In this document: one piece after another, positions 53,376 through 64,000 of the stretch
Numbering within the stretch: the first letter of the stretch is position 1
Layout: each line of letters begins with the position of its first letter
Source of the DNA: the human T2T-CHM13v2.0 reference genome, Homo sapiens
Assembly (NCBI RefSeq): GCF_009914755.1
Contig: NC_060926.1
Strand: one strand, 5' to 3'
Length of the DNA stretch: 64,000 nucleotides
Translations under genes and position numbers: made by a program
The notes under the pieces: generated by a model
What the model was told of the DNA's origin: nothing
Database searches by the model: none
Seen by the model: only the letters and a program-made list of their open reading frames with translations

Positions 53376-53908
53376 TCCTTGTTCCTTTAAAATTTTTGTT
53401 CACTTCCATGTGCATGTTTATTTCATTGTGATTTTAATGTCTGTACAATTGTGTATCCTGAGATTTTAATTTAAACAAGTTTGCACAGAAATTTAATTTT
53501 AATTAGCTTTAATGGTTTGTAACAATCAATAAAACTGATACACTATCGGCTACTCTTGAATATTTAGATTATTCCTCTATTTTTAGTATATAAATATACC
53601 AATAATGAGCAGATTAATACATTTGATTTCATCCCATGTATTGAATGATAGCTTTACAATAAATTCCCAGAAGTGGCTTACTGCATTAAAGGGTATGTAT
53701 ACCTTATAGGTAATTATCTACTGCTATACTGCTTTCCAAATAGCTTGCACCAGTAGACATGGATGTTTCAAAGATTTGGCAACATGGAGAAAGATTTTGG
53801 CAATTCAGCCACTAGGTCTGGTCTTTTAAGCAGTCACTTTGAGGACTTAGCAAAGAAATGAAAAAGTGATGTCTGCTTTGTCCCACTCCTTACTGGCTGT
53901 TCCCCTAC

Positions 53909-54270
53909 TGTATTTGTCTGTTTTCATGCTGCTGATAAAGACATACCCGAGACTGGGTAATTTATAAAGAAAAAGTGGTTTAATGGACTCGCAGTCCCAC
54001 GTGGCTGGGGAGGCCTCACAATCATGGTGGAAGGTGAAATGCACATCTTATATGGTGGCAGGCAAGAGAGAATGAGAGCCAAGCAAAAGGGGAAACCTCT
54101 TATAAAACCATCAGATTTCGTGAGACTTATTCACTTCCAGGAGAACAGTATAGGGGAAACAGCCCCCAGGATTCAATTATCACCTGCCAGATCCCTCCCA
54201 CAACACCTGGGAATTATGGGAGCTACAATTCAGGATGAGACTTGGGTGGGGACACAGCCAAACTGTATCA
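53909..54270 (-). mobile_element. THE1B/C MaLR solo LTR, full length
   Basis: TGTATTTGTCTGTTTTCATGCTGCTGATAAAGACATACCCGAGACTGGG ... GGGACACAGCCAAACTGTATCA; perfect TSD CCTAC. Confidence 0.95.
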
Positions 54271-54834
54271 CCTACCCAATACCACACTGTGGGAAACAGA
54301 GAAGAGGCAGCTGTTGGTGGGCAGCTGCTCTGGCCTGAGGTATTGTCCCATGCTGCCTTCTCCTTGGCTATTCAGTAGTTTCCTCTTACATGCTCACTCT
54401 CAACTTATTCCTCAGTATTTTCCCAGGCAGTTCTAAGTTCTTGGAAACCTGTTTTTGGATCCCATGTCCTGGTTTCCTAACCTGACTCTTTATATCACCC
54501 TTCCCCTCCTTATCTCCAATCAAATCCTCCCTCACTTGACGCCAGGTGGCTCCTGAAGCCCAGGGTAAACTATCCTCTCGGCTGTGGGGAATTTCCACCA
54601 GCCTTCCCGGGGAGTACCTAAGCTCTCGATTTGATGCTGGCATTTTGCACCTGCTCAGCAGGTAATAAAAACAGTCTCCCCTGAGCACAAAGAGCCAACA
54701 CAAAGAGGGGAACTGAACTGAGAGCTATGAGTGCAGGTCCTAGAATCAGCTTCTTAGATCCCACAGAGTGAAACCTCCATGAAAGAACTGCTATTTCTCT
54801 AGAATAGCACCATCTTCTTCAAAAACACCTGCAG

Positions 54835-55350
54835 AAGAGGAAACCATTTGGAACAATCTATTAAAGTTGAATATACGCATATACTATGACTTAGCAGTTC
54901 CATTCCTAGGTGTTAACAGAAAGGAGTTCCTATATCAACTAAAACACATTGTGCTAGAATGTTAATAGCAACACTATTCATAATACCATAAAAATTGGAA
55001 AAAGAATATCCATTTAAGGAAAATGGATAAGTAAAGTGGAAAATATTCACAGAAAGGAGTACCATTCAAAAATAAGAATGAACACACCGAAAGTACATGC
55101 AACCACATGAATGAACCTTACAACCATAATGATAAATGAAAGAAGCCAATCACACAGGAGCGCACACTGTGTGCATCCATGCAACGTCAGCCCAATGGCT
55201 CCTAGTTGGGGGGAGTGGATGGGAGAGAGGATGAGAGGGCTGCTGGCATTCTGACAATGTTCTATTTTTTCATCTGGGTGCTGGATGTAAAGATTCGTTG
55301 AGCTGCACATTTACAATTGGTGTACTTCTCTGCAAATGTAATCTACAAAG
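54835..55350 (+). mobile_element. L1MD/L1ME 3' fragment
   Basis: CTATGACTTAGCAGTTCCATTCCTAGG ... AATGGATAAGTAAAGTGG ... AATGAAAGAAGCCAATCAC. Confidence 0.8.
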
Positions 55351-56149
55351 AATATTCCAGAACTCAGCCTAAGTGATGTTTTATTTAGAGTTTAGGATTT
55401 TTTTTTTTTTTTTGGCTCCCTGTGTCAGCGTTGCTTGGCAGTTAAAATGGAAGGAGATGACTAGTAATGGCATCTCTGTCTGTGATTCTTCTGCCTTGGT
55501 ATTATCTCTTAGTAGGATGCAAGACTGTGTCTTACATACCTCTCTGGCTCTGCTGCTTACCTGAGTGCTTGGCACATATAAACTGATCAGTATGTTTAGA
55601 TAAACTATTTGCTGAAGAGGGCAAAAGGCCTCTCTAGGATTTAGGTAACTAAGGATTCATCCAAATAATTGTAGCAAAAAAATAAAAAATAAAATATCGG
55701 AACTTGCTTAGCAACGTGGTGAGTATTGAGTGGTCCCAGGAGAGTTGTTTCTCTGGAAGAGGACCAGCTGTTTTCACAACAGTCCTAATGAGGATGAGTA
55801 AATCCGAAGGGTCAAGTCCTTTGGTCAGGTCTGTCAGGCTGCAAGTGGGGAGAAGACAGAGAGAGGTTTGTGCTTGAGCCCATCAAGCTGCAGTGAAGGG
55901 AACTTGGTTTGAAGGTGCTGGGGTGAACCAAGTGGGTGCAGTGCTGGGAGAGTAGGCCACAGCCACCAGTAGGCAGTCTAGATATCAGTTGCTGGGGCCA
56001 ATCCAAAGTGTGGGAAATAGAAGGTTGAAGCATGGGAGCAGTTGGGGATTGGTGGTTAATGTAAGCAGAGGTCTGCAACCCAGGGAGTCAAATAGCAGGA
56101 ATATGACAATAAGTAAAATTTTGAAACATGTTTGATTGAAGGATCAAGG

Positions 56150-56350
56150 CTGGTTTATTAAGCATTTTACTATGTGCAGACATTTTTCTAAGTAATTAAA
56201 AATACTAATCTCATTTAATACCCACAACAACCTAATAAGGTAAATATTATTGTACCTGTTCACAGATGAGGAGCTGAGGTTCAGCAAGGTATAATTTATT
56301 CAAGATCACGTAGCTTTTCTGACTCAAAAATGTTGTTTCTTAACCACCAG
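56150..56350 (-). mobile_element. MIR SINE
   Basis: CTCATTTAATACCCACAACAACC ... CAGATGAGGAGCTGAGG. Confidence 0.85.
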
Positions 56351-56678
56351 TTTTTTTTCTTCTTCTTTTTCTTTTTTTTTTTTTTTGAGACAGCATCTTG
56401 TTTGATCATCCAGGCTAAGTGTAGTGGCATGATCATGGTTCATTACAACCTCAAACTCCTGGGTTCAAGTGGTCTTCCCACCTCAGCCTCTCGAGTAGCT
56501 GGGACTATAGGTGGCACCGCCATGCCTGGCTAGCTTTATTATTATTATTATTACTATTATTTAGAGACAGGGTCTCACTATGTTGACCAGGCTGCTCTTA
56601 AACTCCTGGGCTCCAGCCATCCTCCTGCCCCAGCCTCTCAAAGTGCTGAGATTAGGCATGAACCTCTGCACCCCATCC
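56351..56678 (-). mobile_element. AluJo
   Basis: GATCATGGTTCATTACAACCTCAAACTCCTGGG, GGGTCTCACTATGTTG, (ATT)n middle region. Confidence 0.93.
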
Positions 56679-57009
56679 AGTTTTATAGCCCAGATTCAAG
56701 TGCAGAATTCCAGTTTTTAGATAAAAGTAAGGAGGAAGATCAGGCCTGGGAAGAGGAGCAGGGCCTAGTTTGGTAGGGACTAGAGTACCTGCACAAGTAT
56801 TCAGGGCAGAGGTGGCAATATAGAGAAAGAAGATGGAACCCTGTGCTGGAAATGCATCAAACATAAAGATGAACTAATAATAATTTTCTGAGCTATTCAG
56901 CTGCACCTCTCAAAGCCCGAAAAATTAACTTTCAGGTAAAGGATCAAGTGGCCTTAGCCACAGGGGAAGTGCACTTTGGGATGTGGGAAGGACAAAGGCT
57001 GGGCCAGGG

Positions 57010-57430
57010 CTATTCTGCTTGCCCAGCATCCATTGCCTGTTCTAAAAAGAGCGCCTGAGTTTGCTTTGGGGAACTGCTGCTTCTCCTTTTGAGACAATCT
57101 TAGTGAGTCTGTCAATCAAGGTGCCCCACCTTTATGTGGTAAAGGGATGGCTATGTGGCACAACGGAAGCTGACTAAAATCCCGAGTGGTATGACAAAGG
57201 CTGAAAAAATAAAGCATTAAACTAGGGAGAAGCAACCTGAAGGCTCCATGCATTTTTCTTACAACCTAGAAACCCAAAAGGGATCTGGCTCCTGTCCTTT
57301 CTGAGACTTCGTTCTTTGCCTTGTTCTTGGATTCTGTGAGCTCACCCTCATCCTTCTGAAGATTGCTATATTTTAAAGATAGGTAGAGAAGCTTTCTGTT
57401 GCTTACAACCTAAAAACCCTGCCTGATTCA
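57010..57430 (+). mobile_element. MLT1K/L-like MaLR LTR
   Basis: GCCCAGCATCCATT...TTTGGGGAAC ... CTTTCTGTTGCTTACAACCTAAAAACCCTGCCTGATTCA. Confidence 0.7.
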
Positions 57431-59456
57431 AAGGCAATACATATGAGGATTGTAAAAGGCCCAGACGATGAGTTTCTTTCAAGAAGGGACACTTTCTTCT
57501 TTGATTTCAGAGGTCCTAGTTCAATGCCTTCTACATGATAAGTGCTCAGTAAGTGTTGGTTTAATGAACAAATAAATAAATGAATACAAAGAAGACCTTA
57601 CATCATTCAGCCCACTGAAGTCATGTAGGCATTGCTAAGAACTGGTGGTAAGGCAAATCAATTAGTAAGGCAGCATCTTTAAGCCTTCATGCCAATCATT
57701 TTAATTCAGCCAAGAATACTTCCTGTTATGCAAGTAAAACAAAGCACATCTTCATTTTTACTGCAGCCGCCATTTCTCCTGAGAGAAATGGGGTTATTGT
57801 AATTCTTAGTTGAAATACATAAGGCTTACTCATCCTGTGCATAAAATTGATAACTTGTACATCTGGGACTGTCTATTTCTTTCCTATTAATCCATTTTAG
57901 ACTTTATAAGTCAACTGAGCATTCAGCTTTTGAAAAATGATTCTGGAAAATTATTTTGCACAAGTACTAGTAAATACTGGCATGTATTCCTGGCAGGGGA
58001 TGAAAATATTCCATTTAGACTCTGGTGGCCCCATGAGCAGAAATAGTGGCTGGAGAATTGGTTGGGTTGGACAGCAACAAAGCGTGTGCATGCTGGTCAG
58101 TTGTACTTTCCGAGTTCCTTTCTATTTAATGAAGATGATTTATTTTAAAATTTCACAAGGGAGGATCAGGCAGATGAGAGACACATACATACATATCAAT
58201 AATCAGAATGACTAGTAGCGGGAAAATTGTTAGCTTTATTCCTTGGGTTCATGTATGTGGTCAATTGGAAGATTCTAATGATGTCATTAAGTTTATGTCT
58301 GTAGACTATAAGCATGGCCAAGCTGTTAATCTTTATATAAATTGTAAGCAACAGGATATTTTGCAGCTTTTAAATGACATGACTCCTGGCAAGTTTAGCC
58401 TATTTAATTCTGCTGTTGGCCATCTCTCTGTGCTGAAGGAATGGAAATAATGGCTTCTTAGAAAATGCCTTTTTGTGGACCCGAGAGATACTAAAATCTT
58501 TATAAGCTGACCCAGCACTATTGTTTAGATCAAGGGTGGTGGGTTATTGGATTAGCTGTGGTTGCTACTATAGGCACATCTGACTTTAGAACAGGTCTCT
58601 GTCAAAATGGTAAATAGAAGATTAGTAGAATTAATCTGATAATTAGAGCAAAATTTGCAATCTAGTATTTTGTGGCTAAGACTTATTTTAAGATCCAAAA
58701 CTTGGAAAATTACTGCAGCTTTCCATTTACACTTTTGTTAGTATAAACCTGAACTAATTTAATTACTTCATCTTTGAAGGAATTAATTTATTTTTCATAA
58801 CTGGCCCCTCCACTAGTCTATTTTAGTTCCTGCCTTGCTGTAATGTAAAGTTAACTAATTTTTTTCTGCCTCTCAAAATTAGTTTGAGAAACTATGGTAA
58901 CTATATATGGATGCCTAAAGCTGTATGAGAATTGCATGGGGTACAGGTGGAGGGATTATCGTTTTCATCATCACGAATGTGATCCTTATTTGAAATGTAT
59001 AAAAAGCAAACTTGAAAAATTCACTTTTGGAAAATGAATGCTCTGTTTGGACTGTGCCAGGCCTGGCAGGTGGTAGAAGCCAGTTTTGGATCCAGTGAAG
59101 GGAGGTCTCAGGAGGCCTCTAGAGCTGGTGGGCCAGAGAAGGGCTGAATCCAGGGTGGACTTAGAGGCAGTGGCTGTGGCAGAGCCTGGGGCCTGGTGAT
59201 GCAGACAGATCTGACTTATTCCCTGAAACCAACTGTATTAGCCTCAAAATCTGGGTAGTCAGGCCAATGCCAAAGGATCAATTGATTTTTTAGCTTGGGT
59301 CCAGCGAATACAAGTCTGATTTGTCAGCCAAGAAGAACAAAAACACAAAAAAGAGTAACAGGAGGTAAATCTTGGGAAGAATTTTGGAATCAGCAAGTCA
59401 GAAGCCAGGCAGAGAAGCTGGGCCCCAAATGAGGCAAGAGTTTGAGGTCAGAGTCT

Positions 59457-60204
<748 letters not shown>

Positions 60205-60649
60205 AGTCTCATTGTATGTTTCCCACTGTGCTGGCTGAAACCATGGGTCGATCCAATTCCTTGAATGGTGGCAAATTGGGGCCCCCAATAGAAGTGGGAA
60301 ATGGGAAGAGGGTGAGGACCAAGGCAGTTCTTGTCTACATTAGCTGATCATAAACCTGAGGGCTGACCGATCTTTCCTCTGCCCATGTCATCAGCATCTT
60401 GGGTGGGCAAACACTCCTATGCTCAAAGTATGAACAGGAGGAGCACAATGTAAAAAATGGTTGTATACCTCACTCTATTTCTCCATTTTTGCATTCTTAC
60501 GTTAATCATCTTATGTAATCCATATAGTAGAGCAAAGAGGCAGAGAGGTCCATGTTGGCAGAAGCACAATAGAATTTTCTTAGAAATCAACCGCAAGTCT
60601 TCAGGGAGTGCTCATGGTACAGAGAGATGCTGACACTAGTTATCTTGGC

Positions 60650-60790
60650 TTAAGACCTACTCTAATGTCCTCATCATAACTTAATTACATCACAAAGACT
60701 CTGTTTCCAAATAAGGCTACATTCACAGGTACCGACCGGGATTTGGAACTATGACATACCTTTTGAAGGGCACAAGTCAACCCATAACGA
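60650..60790 (-). mobile_element. MLT1B/C 5' fragment
   Basis: CTGTTTCCAAATAAGGCTACATTCACAGG ... GGGCACAAGTCAACCCATAAC is the antisense MLT1 start. Confidence 0.8.
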
Positions 60791-61889
60791 GACCCAAGAA
60801 TCCATTCTTGGTTGTCTGCATTGAGTTGGTGAATGCAGGGATAGAAGCTGCCTGAGCACCATGCGGTTAGAAGTGGTGGGGATGGTGGTAAACTGGAAAG
60901 CAATCTGATATGGCATTTTTCTTCAAATGCCACTGCCCCCTTTCCCTGCTGCCCCCAATACCAGCAGGCTGAATTCTGTCCAAGCACCAGTGTCCCGATG
61001 CAGATATGCTAGGAAGATCCGGAACTGGAATCATCTCTTGGTTCCTAAACTGGCATCCGCTGTAGCACCGCGGGAAACTGCGTGCTCTGTCTCCTCGCAG
61101 AGGCTTTTACCTTGGGCTGTGCTGATCTGAGCGCCAGAGCCAGCCTTGAACTGACCAGGGGCTGACATACTGCCAGCTAGGTCACCCAAGAGGTCTGTCT
61201 TCCATCCTGGGCCACAGTCTCTGGGATGCCTTCTTCCTCCTCAAAGGCCCTGGGATGCCACCTGCTTGCCTCTCCCTACCACCACTTGCTTTTCCTTCTG
61301 GCACTCTCATTTTCCCAGACCGGCTGCAAAGTGGATGAGAACACCAGGCTTCTCAACTTTGTGCTGTTTCTCAAGCTTTTTCTCCACATCTAACCTCCAC
61401 CCCCAGCTACAGGAAGTTTCTTTTTCTCTCTAATTTTTTTTTCTTGCTAACCATCACAGGGGAAACAGACAAGGTTACAAAGTAAAACTCATGAACAAAG
61501 TTACAGAAGCTCACAAAGGCTGCAGGGATAAAAATTATTTCTTTTGGTCTTTTCCCATTTTAATTCTCTGTGACTGCAGTTCCTGACTTTCTAGACAGCT
61601 CTATAGGATGATTTGTGTCAAGTATTGTCTGTTTATCCTTGAGAGAGGGGCTTACTAATTCACCCCCCAACTTTGTTTTGAATGAAGGAAAGACTAAATG
61701 ATATAATCTTCATTTGTTTGTCAAAATATTGCAGACCCATTAGCACTGTTACTACTGAGTATCAATCCAGCATTAAATAATAAAAATAACCTTTTCAAAG
61801 TGCCGGGACTCTGTATAACTTCACTGCGGACACAAGAGAATGTCCTTTTTTTTCAAAGGAAGTAAAGGTCAAAGGTATCACGAACATGG

Positions 61890-62471
<582 letters not shown>

Positions 62472-62519
<48 letters not shown>
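62472..62519. repeat. Perfect (AC)24 microsatellite
   Basis: Direct reading, at the L1MB tail. Confidence 0.97.
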
Positions 62520-62521
<2 letters not shown>

Positions 62522-62833
62522 AGAAATGCATGGCCAAAAGTAAGGGTAAAAAGCAGATGAGTGTAAGGTGCCCGGAGTAGGTGTTGCAAGCCACCACTCG
62601 TTTGGTTGTCTTCCTTTCTCACGGAGGTCATCTTAAAAACAGATGACTCTGAGGTAATGTGGCTTGGTGAAAGTGATATTCCACAGACCTTTTAGCAAGA
62701 GTTCTGGAGCTGCGAATCTGCGCCATGAAATCTGTGGGCTTCTCATATTAAAAGGAAAAAAAGGTAACACAACACCACTCACCAAATAATGTAAAACGAA
62801 CATTCTTGTTTTCTCTGGCTTCTCACAGCTGGC

Positions 62834-62834
<1 letters not shown>

Positions 62835-62875
<41 letters not shown>
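62835..62875 (+). repeat. Pure A41 homopolymer with no element body
   Basis: Direct reading. Confidence 0.95.
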
Positions 62876-62877
<2 letters not shown>

Positions 62878-63349
62878 TTCTTTATTTGAAATGCAAGTAC
62901 AAGAAAACAGGGAGTATTTTTGAGTCCCTTTTGAAATTTTCTTTTGAAACCAGCATTTTCTTGGAGAGATTTATTAAATTCTTAGAAACTGCCAAGCAGC
63001 TTTTTTCTCATATGATAGAATTTGCCTCAATAAAGATTCTTAAATACATGGGCTTTCAAGAATTATAGGTGATTAAAAAAAAGAATATACTTTCTGCCAT
63101 TAGCATTGAGGTCCATGTCACGTGAGAGTACTTTCTGAGAATATTAACATTATAATATCATCCTGAAATTTTTCATTAAGAAAAAGTCATTCTTCATATA
63201 CCTACAGCAATTAATTATTAAACACTACAATAAGCTGTTCCAATCTTATTTAAACAAGCACTGAAAATACCAGCCTAATGTTAACCTATTCTGGAAAGAG
63301 CTCCCCAGGATTTCAGAGAATGTTCGGCTTCTTTAGAATCACGTTTTAA

Positions 63350-63525
63350 AGAGGGTTTTAGAGTCAGACAAAATTGGTTTATAACCTTGTCCTATGACTT
63401 TTTGGCTTATATGACCTTGGACAAGTCACTTAATTTTCCTGAACCCCAGGTTTCTAATATGTAAAATGGGACTGATGATAGTTCATATCCAGCAGATTGG
63501 TAAGATAATTAAATGAGATAATAAG
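63350..63525 (+). mobile_element. MIR SINE
   Basis: ATGACCTTGGACAAGTCACTTAA ... TGTAAAATGGG ... TAAATGAGATAAT. Confidence 0.85.
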
Positions 63526-63739
63526 ACACTTTGGAGGGGAAGGAAGAGCTGGGGAATCTATTATTGCTCCCTTTGGCTTTTTCATTTGTGTTCATTTTCT
63601 GGGTCATATATTGTATTTCCTACTAGGCTTTGCCTGAATACAAAATTGGTTTTATGAAAATCACTGTGAGAACGTATGAAAAATACTTAATATGGTACTT
63701 GGCACACACAAGGGCATCAGTGGTGGTAGATTTGTTCAT

Positions 63740-63920
63740 TCACAACCAATTCATCCATTCATCCATCCATTTAATCATTTATTTAAACAAATATTTATTG
63801 AAAACCCCATCTATGCCAGGGGTTCTTCTAGCAGCTATAAATGAGATAGACAAAGGTTTTGTCCTCATCGAGTTCACAGTCTAGTTGTGGAAAAGAGACA
63901 ATAAAGAGAGAAACATAAAC
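63740..63920 (-). mobile_element. L2 3' end
   Basis: (CATC/CATT)n then ACAAATATTTATTGA...TATGCCAGG ... GAGTTCACAGTCTAG. Confidence 0.85.
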
Positions 63921-64000
63921 AATTCTGCAAGTTATTCGATGCCAGAAAGCACATAATCTTGGCAGTTGGCTAGAAGGTGATGCAGGTAGAGGCCAGGCTT

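Noticed and set aside
61061-61081. REST RE1-like AGCACCGCGG
   Set aside because: Right half GGACAGCGCC not matched

Overview
Primate (very probably human/hominoid) non-coding genomic DNA. It contains 15 Alus including a young AluYk-type copy, L1PA/L1MA/L1MB/L1ME, L2, MIR, MaLR/ERVL/ERV1 LTRs, hAT and TcMar DNA-transposon fossils, and microsatellites. I find no credible protein-coding exon, RNA gene, CpG island or CRISPR-like array; the listed ORFs are repeat-derived or chance frames. I cannot name the locus, and I see no evidence for a new multi-gene system. The most unusual features are: (1) a 2.1-kb LTR8-type ERV1 RNA that appears to have been copied by L1 machinery as a processed pseudogene (U5 missing, poly(A), TSD); (2) a ~95-bp polyadenylated LTR-like retrocopy whose TSD duplicated a PBX-HOX motif; (3) a perfect hairpin abutting a 4x17-bp repeat that creates three STAT sites; (4) a fold-back rearrangement in a Tigger3a; (5) repeat-free enhancer-like islands with a perfect DR5 retinoic-acid element and PBX-HOX/MEIS motifs. 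Repeat subfamily names come from recalled consensus sequences, and boundaries of ancient repeats are approximate.
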